Source: Eledone cirrhosa (lineage: Eukaryota). From it: a stretch of 64,000 nucleotides of DNA. How positions within the stretch are numbered: position 1 is the stretch's first letter; each line of letters opens with the position of its first letter. A model generated the notes under the pieces. That model ran no database searches. It had not been told where the DNA came from and saw only the letters and a list, made by a program, of their open reading frames with translations. This document shows positions 37,680-53,800 of this stretch, piece by piece. The translations under genes were made by a program, and so were the position numbers. The stretch covers positions 105,586,001-105,650,000 of the forward strand of contig OZ024744.1 in the NCBI GenBank assembly GCA_964016885.1. Reading direction: 5' to 3'.

Positions 37680-37740
37680 CCGACCAATCAAAATTGTTTT
37701 GACCACAAGAATTTTTGCAACACGAATTGGCGCGAAACTT
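37680..37740. promoter_or_regulatory. Possible promoter elements (CCAAT box and E2F-like site)
   Basis: gaccaatca near 37682 and ttggcgcgaaa near 37727 in a locally CpG-retaining unique segment; motif match only. Confidence 0.2.
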
Positions 37741-38548
37741 ATTTTAATACATCTGGAGCCACTTTTTTCACATAAAACAGGTAGAATTTCCAAAACTAAT
37801 CAGATCAGAGCAAACATCACGGGCGCTCTATCTCAAAATTATTTTTAAAAAGCATTAGAAATGCGCAACCGGTAAAACTTAAAAAAAAACTGAATACTAA
37901 CCAATACTATTACTAATTTTCACTTATTCCTAATTAAACTATTTTTCACTGCGAACAATTTGTCAGCATTTTCTTTTCTGTTTACCAATATATCATAACT
38001 CGTGTGTTACACCCCTATTCTTTTAAATATATATATATATCTGTGAGTATCTTTAGCTACTGTTTCTAGGAGATCAATTGTCCATGTAGTTCTGATCAAT
38101 TTGGAATTCATTTGCGTTAATACATTTTGTTTTGATTTGAAGGTAGATTTTCTACATGCTCATTGAATCTGTTAGAAATAACAGCCAAAGCCCTTTCTGC
38201 CATCTTAAAGAGACACTATAATTCTAGATATACACTTGAAAAGACTGTGTGGTTATGGCTGGAATGACTGATCAAGAACATTCTAGCCTTGCTGATGATT
38301 ATAGGTGGGGTGGGGTGGGGGGCTTCAATTCATCTCATGATGTGTTATTTACTACATCCATAAACTTTTCCCAGAATTCTCTAATTATAAGGTTTATCCT
38401 TCTGATAAATTGCTGTCATAAGTTGTTTAAAACTTCTTAGATAATATGACTTGAAGTTAACTATCACACCTTGATCCATTGGTTGGAATAAAGGGGTGGT
38501 GATGTTGGGGATATATTTTACTTTCACATTATGAGAAAGATCATTTAA

Positions 38549-38783
38549 CCCTTTAGCATTTACATTACTCTGTATATACTATTGTATTTTTGTGGTAAAG
38601 GCTTTATTTACCTCACAAAGATATCTCACATAATATCGAAGATATGAGAATTTGTTGTTATTTATTTCAGAGCAATACCTTAATATCAGTATGAGTGGCC
38701 AGTTACAGCCAGTTTGAACAGAAAGAGGTGAGAAAGAGGTGAAAGAATTCTAGCTAAATACAGCTGGTTTAAATACTAAAGGG
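38549..38783 (+). mobile_element. piggyBac-type MITE (235 bp, unexpanded)
   Basis: TTAA|ccctttagcattta ... taaatactaaaggg|TTAG; colinear with both ends of 15776-17261. Confidence 0.85.
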
Positions 38784-38829
38784 TTAGGGTCACTGAGTTG
38801 CTTAGTGCATAGGAGCAATGCTTTCATGA

Positions 38830-41800
38830 AATTATTATCTGCCTACTGAAGAATTATCTACCTACCATAGAATTATCTACCCACCATAGAATTATCTAAC
38901 TACCATAGAATTATCTACCTACCATAGAATTATCTACCTGTCATAGAATTATCTACCTGTCATAGAATTATCTACCTGCAGTAGAATTATCTACCTGCAG
39001 TAGAATTATCTACCTACAGTAGAGTTATCTACCTACCATAGAATTATCTACCTACCATAGATTATCTACCTTCCATAGAATTATCTACCTACAGTATAGT
39101 TATCTACCTTCCACAGAATTATCTACCCACCATAGAATTATCTACCTACAGTATAGTTATCTACCTACCATAGAATTATCTACCTACAGTAGAATTATCT
39201 ACCCACCATAGAATTATCTACCCACCATAGAATTATCTATCTGCAGAAGAATTATCTACCTACCATAGAATTATCTACCCACAATAGAATTATCTACCTA
39301 TAGTAGAATTATCTAACTACCATAGAATTATCTACCTACAGTAGAGTTATCTACCTACCATAGAATTATCTACCTACAGTAGAGTTATCTACCTACCATA
39401 GAATTATCTACCTACCATAGAATTATCTACCTACTGTAGAATTATCTACCTACCATAGTTATCTACCCACCATAGAATTATCTACCTATAGTAGAATTAT
39501 CTACCCACCATAGAATTATCTACCTACAGTAGAGTTATCTATCTACCATAGAATTATCTACCTACAGTAGAATTATCTACCCACCATACAATTATCTACC
39601 TACAAGTAGAGTTATCTACCTACCATAAAATTATCTACCTACAGTAGAATTATCTACCCACCATAGAATTATCTACCTACCATAGAATTATCTACCTACA
39701 GTAGAATTATTTACCTACCATAGAATTATCTACCTACAGTGGAATAATCTACCTACCGTAGAATTATCTACCGACCATAGAATTATCTGCTTACAGTAGA
39801 ATTATCTACCTACAGTAGAGTTATCTACCCACCATAGAATTATATACCTACCATAGAATTATCTACCTACAGTAGAATTATCTACCTACCATAGAATTAT
39901 CTACCTACAGTAGAATTATATACCTACGATAGAAGTATCTACCTACCATAGAATTATCTACCTACTGTAGAATTATCTACCTACCATAGAATTATCTACC
40001 CACCATAGATTTATCTACCTACCATAGAATTATATACCTACAGTAGAATTATCTAGCTACCCTAGAATTATCTAGCTACCCTAGAATTATCTACATACCA
40101 TAGAATTATCTACGTACAGTAGACTTATCTACCCACCATAGAATTATCTACCTACAGTAGAATTATCTACCTACAGTAGACTTATCTACCAACCATAGAA
40201 TTATCTACCAACCATAGAATTATCTACCAACCATAGAATTACCTACCTACTGTAGAATTATCTACCTACTGTAGAATTATCTACCTACCATAGAATTATC
40301 TAGCTACAGTAGAAATAACTATCTGCAGTAGAGTTATCTACCGACCATAGAATTATCTACCTACCATAGAATTATCTACCTACCATAGAATTATCTACCT
40401 ACTGTAGAATTATCTAGCTACTATAGAAGTATCTACCTACCATAGAATTATCTAGCTACAGTAGAAATATCTATCTGCAGTAGAGTTATCTACCGACCAT
40501 AGAGTTATCTACCGACCATAGAATTATCTACCTACCATAGAATTATCTACCCACCATAGAATTATCTAACTACCATAGAATTATCTACCTACCATAGAAT
40601 TATCTACCTGTCATAGAATTATCTACCTGTCATAGAAATATCTACCTGCAGTAGAATTATCTACCTGCAGTAGAATTATCTACCTACAGTAGAGTTATCT
40701 ACCTACCATAGAATTATCTACCTACCATAGATTATCTACCTTCCATAGAATTATCTACCTACAGTATAGTTATCTACCTTCCACAGAATTATCTACCCAC
40801 CATAGAATTATCTACCTACAGTATAGTTATCTACCTACCATAGAATTATCTACCTACAGTAGAATTATCTACCCACCATAGAATTATCTACCCACCATAG
40901 AATTATCTATCTGCAGAAGAATTATCTACCTACCATAGAATTATCTACCCACAATAGAATTATCTACCTATAGTAGAATTATCTAACTACCATAGAATTA
41001 TCTACCTACAGTAGAGTTATCTACCTACCATAGAATTATCTACCTACTGTAGAATTATCTACCTACCATAGTTATCTACCCACCATAGAATTATCTACCT
41101 ATAGTAGAATTATCTACCCACCATAGAATTATCTACCTACAGTAGAGTTATCTATCTACCATAGAATTATCTACCTACAGTAGAATTATCTACCCACCAT
41201 ACAATTATCTACCTACAAGTAGAGTTATCTACCTACCATAAAATTATCTACCTACAGTAGAATTATCTATCCACCATAGAATTATCTACCTAACATAGAA
41301 TTATCTACCTGCAGTAGAATTATCTACCTACCATAGAATTATCTACCTAATGTAGAATTATCTACCTACCATGAATTATATACCTACCATAGAATTATCT
41401 ACCTACCATAGAATTATCTACCTACCATAAAATTATCTAGCTACCCTAGAATTATCTACATACAGTAGAATTATCTACCTACCATTGAATTATCTAGCTA
41501 CCCTAGAATTATCTACATACCATAGAATTGTCTACCTACCATAGCATTATCTATGTACCATAGAATTATCTACCTACCATAGAATTATCTACGTACAGTA
41601 GAATTATCTACCTACCATAGAATTATCTACCCACCATAGAATTATCTAGCTACAGTATAATTATCTACCTGCAGTAGAATTATCTACCTACCTACCATAG
41701 AATTATAAAGCTACCATAGAATTATCTATGTACCATAGAATTATCTACCTAGCATAGAATTATCTACCTACAGTAGAGCTATCTAGCTACCATAGAATTA

Positions 41801-44800
41801 TCTAGATACAGTAGAATTATCTACCTACCATAGAATTATCTACCTACAGTAGAATTATTTACCTACCATAGAATTATCTACCTACAGTAGAATTATCTAC
41901 CCACCATAGAATTATCTACCCACCATAGAATTATCTACCTACAGTGGAATAATATACCTACCGTAGAATTATCTACCGACCATAGAATTATCTGCCTGCA
42001 GTAGAATTCTCTACCTACCATAGAATTATCTATCTGCAGTAGAGTTATCTACCTACCATAGAATTATCCACGTACAGTAGAATTATCTACCTACCAGAGA
42101 ATTATCTACCTGCAGTAGAATTATCTATCTGCAGTAGAGTGATCTACCTACCATAGAATTATCTACCTACAATAGAATTATCTACATATCATAGAATTAT
42201 CTATCTACTATAGAATTATCTACCTACCATAGAATTATCTACCTATTAATAGAATTATCTACCTACCATAGAATCATCTACCTGCAGTAGAATTATCTAC
42301 CCACCATAGAATTATCTGATTACCATAGAATTATCTATCTACCATAGACTTATCTACCTACCATAGAATTATCTACCTACCATAGAATTATCTATATACC
42401 ATAGAATTATTTACTTACCATAGAATTATCTACCTACCATAGAATTATCTACCTGCAGTAGAATTATCTACCTGCAGTAGATTTATCTACCTACCGTAGA
42501 ATTATCTACCTGCAGTAGGATTATATACCTACCATAGAATTATCTACCTACGATAGAATTATCTACCTACCATAGATTTATCTATGTACAGTAGACTTAT
42601 CTACCCACCATAGAATTACCTACCTACGGTAGTATTATCTACCTACAATAGAATTATCTACTTACCATAGAATTATCTACCTACAGTAGATTTATATACC
42701 TACCATAGAATTATCTACCTATAATTGAATTATCTAGCTACAATAGAATTATCTACCTACCATAGAATTATCTACCTACAGTAGAGTTATCTACCCACCA
42801 TAGAATTATCTACCTACCAGAGAATTATCTACCGACCATAGAATTATAAAGCTACCATAGAATTATCTACCTACAATAGAATTATAAAGCTACCATAGTA
42901 TCATCTACCTACCATAGAATTATCTACCTACAGTAGAGCTATCTAACTACCATAGAATTATCTAGATACAGTAGAGTTATCTACCCACCATAGAATTATC
43001 TACCTACAGTAGAATTATCTACCTACCATAGAATTATCTACCTACAGTAGAATTATATACCTACGATAGAATTATCTACCTACCATAGAATTATCTAGCT
43101 ACCCTAGAATTATCTACATACTATAGAATTGTCTACGTACATAGACTTATCTACCCACCATAGAATTATCTACACACCATAGAATTACCTACCTACTGTA
43201 GAATTATCTACCTACAATAGAATTATCTACCTACCATAGAATTATCTACTCACCATAGATTTATCTACCTACCATAGAATTATCTAGCTACAGTAGAAAT
43301 ATCTATCTGCAGTAGAGTTATCTACCGACTATAGAATTATCTACCTACCATAGAATTATCTACCTACCATAGAATTATCTACCTACAATAGAATTATCTA
43401 CCTACAGTAGAATTATCTACCGACCATAGAATTATAAAGCTACCATAGAATTATCTATCTACCATAGAATTATCTACCTAGCATAGAATCATCTACCTAC
43501 CATAGAATTATCTGCCTACAGTAGAGCTATCTAGCTACCAAAGAATTATCTAGATACAGTAGAGTTATCTACCTACAGTAGACTTATCTACCTAACATAG
43601 AATTATCTACCTACATTAGAATTATTTACCTACCATAGAATTATTTACCTACCATAGAATTATCTACCTACCGTAGAATTATCTACCGACCATAGAATTA
43701 TCTGCCAGCAGTAGAATTATCTACCTGCCATAGAATTATCTACCTACCATAGAATTATCTACATACAGTAGAATTATCTACCTACCATTGAATTATCTAG
43801 CTACCCTAGAATTATCTACATACCATAGACTTGTCTACGTACAGTAGACTTATCTACCCACCATAGAATTATCTACCTATAGTAGAATTATATACCTACC
43901 ATAGAAGTATCTAGCTACCCTAGAATTATCTACCTACCATAGAATTATCTACGTACAGTAGACTTATCTACCCACCATAGAATTATCTACCCACCATAGA
44001 ATTATCTACCTACTGTAGAATTATCTACCTACCATAGAATTATCTATCTACCATAGAATTATCTACCTCCAGTAGAATTATCTACCTACCATAGAATTAT
44101 CTACCTGCAGTAGATTTACCTACCTACCGTAGAATTATCTACCTGCAGTAGAATTATCTACCTACCATAGAATTATCTACGTACAGTAGACTTATCTACC
44201 CACCATAGAATTACCTACCTACGGTAGAATTATCTACCTGCAATAGAATTATCTACCTACCATAGAATTATCTGCTTACCATAGAATTATCTACGTACAG
44301 TAGACTTATCTAACCACCATAGAATTATCTACCCACCATAGAATTACCTACCTACGGTAGTATTATCTACCTGCAATAGAATTATCTGCTTACCATAGAA
44401 TTATCAACCTACAGTAGAATTTTCTACCTTCAGTAGAATTATCTACGTACAGTAGAGCTATCTAGCTACCATAGAATTATCTACATACAGTAGAGTTATC
44501 TACCTACAATAGAATTATCTACCTACAGTAGACTTATCTACCTAACATAGAATTATCTACCTACAGTAGAATTATTTACCTACCATAGAATTATCTACCT
44601 ACAGTGGAATAATCTACCTACCGTAGAATTATCTACATACAGTGGAATAATCTGCCTGCAGTAGAATTATCTACCTGCCATAGAATTATCTACCTACCAT
44701 AGAATTATCTACATACAGTAGAATTATCTACCTACCATTGAATTATCTAGCTACCCTAGAATTATCTACATATCATAGACTTGTCTACGTACAGTAGACT

Positions 44801-47800
44801 AATCTACCCACCATAGAATTATCTACCTATAGTAGAATTATATACCTACCATAGAAATATCTAGCTACCCTAGAATTATCTAGCTACCCTAGAATTATCT
44901 ACATACCATAGACTTGTCTACGTACAGTAGACTTATCTACCCACCATAGAATTATCTGCCTATAGTAGAATTATATACCTACCATAGAATTATCTACCTA
45001 CCATAGTAATATCTAGCTACCCTAGAATTATCTACCTACCATAGAATTATCTACGTACAGTAGACTTATCTACCTACTGTAGAATTATCTACCTACCATA
45101 GAGTTATCTACCTACATTTGAATTTTCTACCTGCAGTAGAATTATCTACCTACCATAGAATTATCTATCTACCATAGAATTATCTACCTCCAGTAGAATT
45201 ATCTACCTACCATAGAATTATCTACCTGCAGTAGATTTATCTACCTACCGTAGAATTATCTACCTGCAGTAGAATTATCTACCTACCATAGAATTATCTA
45301 CCTACCATAGAATTATCTACGTACAGTAGACTTATCTACCCACCATAGAATGATCTACCCACCATAGAATTACCTACCTACGGTAGAATTATCTACCTGC
45401 AATAGAATTATCTACCTACCATAGAATTATCTACCTACCATAGAATTATCAACCTACAGTAGAATTATCTACCTACCATAAAATTATCTACCTACAGTAG
45501 ATTTATCTACCTACCATAGAATTATCTACCTACCATAGAATTATCTACCTACAGTAGAGTTATCTACCCACCATAGAGTTATCTACCCACCATAGAGTTA
45601 TCTACCCACCATAGAATTATCTACCTACCATAGAATTATCTACGTACAGTAGAATTATCTACCCACCATAGAATTACCTACCTACATAGAATTATCTAGC
45701 TACTATAGAATTATCTACCCACCATAGAATTATCTACCCACCATAGAATTATCTACCTACAAGTAATCTACCTACCATAGAATTATCTACCTACCATAGA
45801 ATTATTTACCTACATTTGAATTTTCTACCTGAAGTAGAATTATCTACCTACCGTAGAATTATCTACCTGCAGTAGAATTATCTACCCACAGTAGAATTAT
45901 CTACCTACAGTATAATTATCTACCTACAGTAGAATTATCTACCTACCTACCATAGAATTATCTACCTACCGTAGAATTATCTACGTACAGTAGCCTTATC
46001 TACGCACCATAGAATTATCTACCAAACATAGAATTATCTACCTACAGTAGAAATATATACCTACCATATAATTATCTACCTACCATAGAATTATCTAGCT
46101 ATCCTAGAATTATCTACCTACCATAGAATTATCTACGTACAGTAGACTTATCTACCCAGCATAGAATTATCTACCCACCATAGAATTATCTACCCACCAT
46201 AGAATTATTTAGCTACAGTATAATTATCTACCTACAGTATAATTATCTACCTACCTACCATAGAATTATAAAGCTACCATAGAATTATCTATCTACCATA
46301 TAATTATCTACCTACCATAGAATTATCTACCTACAGAAGAGCTATCGAGCTACCATAGAATTATCTAGATACGGTAGATTTATCTACCTACCATAGAATT
46401 ATCTACCTACAGTGGAATTATTTACCTACCATAGAATTATCTGCCTACAGTGAAATAATCTACCTACCATAGAATTATCTACCTGCAGTAGAATTATCTA
46501 TCTGCAGTAGAGTTATCTACCTACCATAGAATTATCTACCTACCATAGAATTATCTACCTACCATAGAATTATATACCTGCAGTAGATTTATCTACATAC
46601 TGTAGAATTATCTACCTGCAGTAGAATTATCTACCTGCAGTAGAATTATCTATCTACCATAGAATTATCTACCCACCATAGAATCATCTACCTACCATAG
46701 AATTACCTACCTACTGTAGAATTATCTACCTACCATAGAGTTACCTACCTACTGTAGAATTATCTAGCTACTATAGAATTATCTACCTACCATAGAATTA
46801 TCTAGCTACAGTAGAAATATCTATCTGCAGTAGAGTTATCTACCGACCATAGAATTATCTACCTACCATAGAATTATCTACCTACCATAGAATTATCTAC
46901 CTACCATAGAATTATCTACCTACAGTAGAATTATCTACCGACCATAGAATTATAAAGCTACCATAGAATTATCTATCTACCATAGAATTATCTACCTAGC
47001 ATAGAATCATCTACCTACCTTAGAATTATCTACCTACAGTAGAGCTATCTAGCTACCAAAGAATTATCTAGATACAGTAGAGTTATCTACCTACCCTAGA
47101 ATTATCTACCTACAGTAGACTTATCTACCTAACATAGAATTATCTACCTACATTAGAATTATTTACCTACCATAGAATTATCTACCTACAGTGGAATAAT
47201 CTACCTACCGTAGAATTATCTACCGACCATAGAATTATCTGCCAGCAGTAGAATTATCTACCTGCCATAGAATTATCTACCTACCATAGAATTATCTACA
47301 TACAGTAGAATTATCTACCTACCATTGAATTATCTAGCTACCCTAGAATTATCTACATACCATGGACTTGTCTACGTACAGTAGACTTATCTACCCACCA
47401 TAGAATTATCTACCTATAGTAGAATTATCTACCTATAGTAGAATTATATACCTACCATAGAAATATCTAGCTACCCTAGAATTATCTACCTACCATAGAA
47501 TCATCTACGTACAGTAGACTTATCTACCCACCATAGAATTATCTACCCACCATAGAATTATCTACCCACCATAGAATTATCTACCTACTGTAGAATTATC
47601 TACCTACTATAGAATTATCTACCTACATTTGAATTTTCTACCTGCAGTAGAATTATCTACCTACCATAGAATTATCTATCTACCATAGAATTATCTACCT
47701 CCAGTAGAATTATCTACCTACCATAGAATTATCTACCTGCAGTAGATTTATCTACCTGCAGTAGATTTATCTACCTGCAGTAGAATTATCTACCTGCAGT

Positions 47801-50800
47801 AGAATTATCTATCTACCATAGAATTATCTACCTGCAGTAGAATTATCTACCCACCATAGAATTATCTACCTACCATAGAATTATCTAACTACCATAGAAT
47901 TATCTACCTACCATAGAATTATCTACCTGCAGTAGATTTATCTACCTACTGTAGAATTATCTACCTGCAGTAGAATTATCTATCTACCATAGAATTATCT
48001 ACCTACCATAGAATTATCTACCTACCATAGATTTATCTACCTAAAGTAGAATTATCTACCCACCATATAATTATCTACCTACAGTAGAGTTTTCTACCCA
48101 CCATAGAATTATCTACCTACCATAGATTTATCTACCTTAGAATTATCTACCTACCATAGAATTATCTACCAACCATAGAATTATCTAGCTACCATAAAAT
48201 TATCAACCTACAGTAGAATTATCTACCTACCATAGAATTATCTACCTACAGTAGAGCTACCTAGCTACCATAGAATTATCTATATACAGTAGAGTTATCT
48301 AGCTACCATAGAATTATCTATCTACAGTAGAGTTATTTACCTACCATAGAATTATCTCTCTACCATAACATTATCTACCTACCATAGAATTATTTACCTA
48401 CCATAGAATTATCTACCTACAGTGGAATAACCTAACTATCATAGAATTATCTACCGACCATAGAATTATCTTCCTGCAGTAGAATTATCTACCCACCATA
48501 GTATTGTCTACCTACCATAGAATTATCTACCTACCATAGAATTATCTAACTACCATAGAATTATCTATGTACCATAGAATTATTTACCTACCATAGAATT
48601 ATCTATCTACCATAGAGTTATCTACCTACCATAGAATTATCTATCTACCATAGAATTATCTACCTAACACAGAATTATGTCTACCATAGAATTATCTACT
48701 TACCATAGAATTATCTACCTAGCATAGAATTATCTACCTCCAGTAGAATTATCTACCTACCATAGCATTATCTACCTACCATAGCATTATCTACCTACCA
48801 TAGCATTATCTATCTACCATAGAATTATCTACCTACAGTAGAATTATCTACCCACTATAGAATTATCTACCTACCATAGTATTATCTACCTGCAGTAGAA
48901 TTATCTGCCTGCAGTAGCATTATCTACCTCCAGTATAATTATCTACCTACAGCAGAATTATCTACCTACCTACCATAGAATTATAAAGCTACCATAGAAT
49001 TATCTACCTACCATAGAATTATAAAGCTACCATAGAATCATCTACCTATCATAGAATTATCTACCTACAACAGAATTATCTATCTACCATAGAATTATCT
49101 ACCTATTAATAGAATTATCTACCTATTAATAGAATTATCTACCTACCATAGAATTATCTACCTACCATAGAATTATCTACCTATTAATAGAATTATCTAC
49201 CTATTAATAGAATTATCTACCTACCATAGAATTATCTGCCCATCATAGAATTATCTACCTACCATAGAATTATCTACCTGACAGGATTATCTACCTGCAA
49301 TAGAATTATCAAGCTGCAGTAGAATTATCTACCTGCAGTAGAATTATCTACCTACCATAGAATTATCTACCTGCAGTAGAATTATCTACCTACCATAGAA
49401 TTATCTACCTACCATAGAACTATCTACCTTCCATAGAATTATCTACCTGCAGTAGAATTATCTATCTGCAGTAGAGTTATCTACCTACCATAGAATTATC
49501 TACCTACAATAGAATTATCTACATATTAATAGAATTATCTACCTACCATAGAATCATCTACCTGCAGTAGAATTACCTACCCACCATAGAATTATCTACC
49601 TACCATAGAATTATCTAACTACCATAGAATTATCTATGTACCATAGAATTATCTACCTACCATAGAATTATCTACCTACCATAGAATTATCTACCTGCAG
49701 TAGATTTATTTACCTACCGTAGAATTATCTACCTGCAGTAGAATTATCTATCTACCATAGAATTATCTACCTACGATAGAATTATCTACTTACCATAGAT
49801 TTATCCACCTAAAGTAGAATTATCTACCCACCATAGAATTATCTACCTACAGTAGAGTTTTCTACCCACCATAGAATTATCTACCTACCATAGATTTATC
49901 TACCTACAGTAGAATTATCTACCTACCATAGAATTATCTAGCTACCATAGCATTATCTAGTTACCATAAAATTATCAACCTACGGTAGAATTATCTACCC
50001 ACCATAGAATTATCTACCTATAAGTAGAGTTATCTACCTACCATAGAATTATCTACCTCCTGTATAATTATCTACCTACTGTAGAATTATCTACCTACCA
50101 TAGAATTATCTACCTACAGTAGAGCTACCTAGCTACCATAGAATTATGTAGATACAGTAGAGTTATCTAGCTACCATAGAATTATCTACCTACAGTGGAG
50201 ATACCTACCTACCATAGAATTATCTACCTACCATAGCATTATCTACCTACAGTAGAATTATTTACCTACCATAGAATTATCTACCTACAGGGGAATAACC
50301 TAACTATCGTAGAATTATCTACCGACCATAGAATTATTTTCATGCAGTAGAATTATCTACCCACCATAAAATTATCTACCTACCATAGAATTATCTAACT
50401 ACCATAGAATTATCTATGTACCATAGAATTATTTACCTACCATAGAGTTATCTACCTACCATAGAATTATTTATCTACCATAGAATTATCTACCTACCAT
50501 AGAATTGTGTCTACCATAGAATTATCTACTTACCATAGAATTATCTACCTAGCATAGAATTATCTACCTCCAGTAGAATTATCTACCTACCATAACATTA
50601 TCTACCTACCATAGAATTGTCTACCTACAGTAGAATTATCTACCCACTATAGAATTATCTACCTACCATAGAATTATCTACCTGCAGTAGAATTATCTTC
50701 CTGCAGTAGCATTATCTACCTACAGTATAATTATCTACCTACCTACCATAGAATTATAAAGCTACCATACAATTATCTACCTACCATAGAATTATAAAGC

Positions 50801-53800
50801 TACCATAGAATCATCTACCTACCATAGAATCATCTACCTACAGTAGAGCTATCTAGCTACCATAGAATTATCTACCTACCATACAGTTATCTACCTACCA
50901 TAGAATTATCTACCTCGAGTCGAGTTATCTACCTACCATAGAATTATCTATCTACCATAGAATTATCTACCTACCATAGAATTATCTACCTACCATAGAA
51001 TTATCTACCTATTAATAGAATTATCTACCTACCATAGAATTATCTACCTACCATAGAATTATCTACCTGCAGTAGAGTTATCTACCCCTCATAGAATTAT
51101 CTACCCCTCATAGAATTATCTACCCCTCATAGAATTATCTACCTACCATAGAATTATCTACCTGACAGGATTATCTACCTGCAATAGAATTATCAAGCTG
51201 CAGTAGAATTATCTACCTACCATCGAATTATCTACCTGCAGTAGAATTATCTACCTACCATAGAATTATCTACCTACCATAAAATTATCTACCTACCATA
51301 GAATTATCTACCTACCATAGAACTATCTACCTTCCATAGAATGATCTACCTGCAGCAGAATTAGCTACCTACAGTAGAATTATATACCTGCAGTAGAATT
51401 ATCTATCTACCATAGAATTATCTACCTCCAGTAGAATTATTTACCTACCATAGTATTATCTACCTACGATAGAATCATCTACCTACCATAGCATTATCTA
51501 CCTACCGTAGAATTATCTACCTACAGTAGAATTACCTACCCACCATATAATTATCTACCTACCATAGAATTATCTACCTACCATAGAATTATCTACCTGC
51601 AGTAGAATTATGTTCCTGCTGTAGCATTATCTACCTACCATAAAATTATGAACCTACCATAAAATTATCGATCTACCATAGAATTATCTACCTACTGTAG
51701 AATTATCTACCAACGGTAGAATTTTCATAGAATTATCTAACAACAGTAGAATTTTCTACCTACCCCTGAATTGTCTACCCACACTAGAATTATCTACCTA
51801 CCATAGAATTATCTACCTACTGTAGAATTATCTACCCACCATACAATTATCTACCTACCATTGAATGATCTACCTACAGTTGAATTATCTACCCACCATA
51901 GAATTATCTACCTACCATAGAATTATCTACCTGCAGTAGAATTATCTATCTACCATAGAATTATCTACCTACCATAAAATTATCTACCTACCATAGAATT
52001 ATCTACCTACCATTCAACTATCTTCCTGCAGTAGAATTAGCTACCTGCAGTAGAATTATCTACCTACCATAGTATTATCTACCTACGATAGAATCATCTA
52101 CCTACCATAGCATTATCTACCTACAGTAGAATTACCTACCCACCATAGAATTATCTACCTACCATAGAATTATCCACCTGCAGTAGAATTATCTTCCTGC
52201 AGTAGCATTATCTACCTACCTACCATAGAATTATAAAGCTACCATAGAATTATCTACCCACCATAGAATCATCAATCTACCATAGAATTATCTACCTACA
52301 GTAGAATTATCTACCTACCTACCATAGAATTATAAAGCTACCATAGAATTATCTACCTACCATAGAATTATCTACCTACCATAGAATCATCTACCTACCA
52401 TATAATTATCTACCTACAGTAGAGCTATCTAGCTACCATAGAATTATCCAGATACTGTAGAGTTATCTACCTACCATAAAATTATCTACCTACAGTAGAG
52501 TTATCTACCTACCTTAGAATTATCTACCTACAGTAGAATTATTTACCTACCATAGAATTATCTACCTACAGTGGAATAATCTACCTACCGTAGAATTAAC
52601 TACCGACCATAGAATTATCTACCTACCATAGAATTATTTACCTGGAGTAGAATTATTTACCTACCATAGAATTATCTACCTAATGTAGAATTATCTACCA
52701 TAGAATTATCTACCAACCATAAAATTATCAACCTATAAGTAGAGTTATCTACCTACCATAGAATTACTTACCTCCCATAGAATTATCTACTTCCAGTATA
52801 ATTATCTACCTACAGTAGAATTATCTACCTACCAATGAATTATCCACCTGCAGTTGAATTATCTACCTACTGTAGAATTATCTACCTACCATAGAATTAT
52901 CTACCTACCATAGAATTATCCACCTGCAGTAGAATTATCTTCCTGCAGTAGCATTATCTACCTACCTACCATAGAATTATAAAGCTACCATAGAATTATC
53001 TACCTACCATAGAATTATCTACCTACCATAGAATCATCAATCTACCATAGAATTATCTACCTACAGTAGAATTATCTACCTACCTACCATAGAATTATAA
53101 AGCTACCATAGATTTATCTACCTACCATAGAATTATCTACCTACCATAGAATCATCTACCTACCATATAATTATCTACCTACAGTAGAGCTATCTAGCTA
53201 CCATAGAATTATCCAGATACTGTAGAGTTATCTACCTACCATAAAATTATCTACCTACAGTAGAGTTATCTACCTACCTTAGAATTATCTACCTACAGTA
53301 GAATTATTTACCTACCATAGAATTATCTACCTACAGTGGAATAATCTACCTACCGTAGAATTAACTACCGACCATAGAATTATCTACCTACCATAGAATT
53401 ATTTACCTGGAGTAGAATTATTTACCTACCATAGAATTATCTACCTAATGTAGAATTATCTACCATAGAATTATCTACCAACCATAAAATTATCAACCTA
53501 TAAGTAGAGTTATCTACCTACCATAGAATTACTTACCTCCCATAGAATTATCTACTTCCAGTATAATTATCTACCTACAGTAGAATTATCTACCTACCAA
53601 TGAATTATCCACCTGCAGTTGAATTATCTACCTACTGTAGAATTATCTACCTACCATAGAATTATCTACCTACCATTGAATTATCTACCCACCCTAGAAT
53701 TATCTACCTACAGTACATTTATCTACCTACCATTGAATTATCTACCTACTTTAGAATTATCTAGCTACCATAGAATTATCTACCTACTGTAGAATTATCG

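Noticed and set aside
38778-38790. Telomeric TTAGGG seed at the satellite boundary
   Set aside because: Single occurrence, explained by the MITE TIR (aaaggg) and a mutated TTAA TSD.
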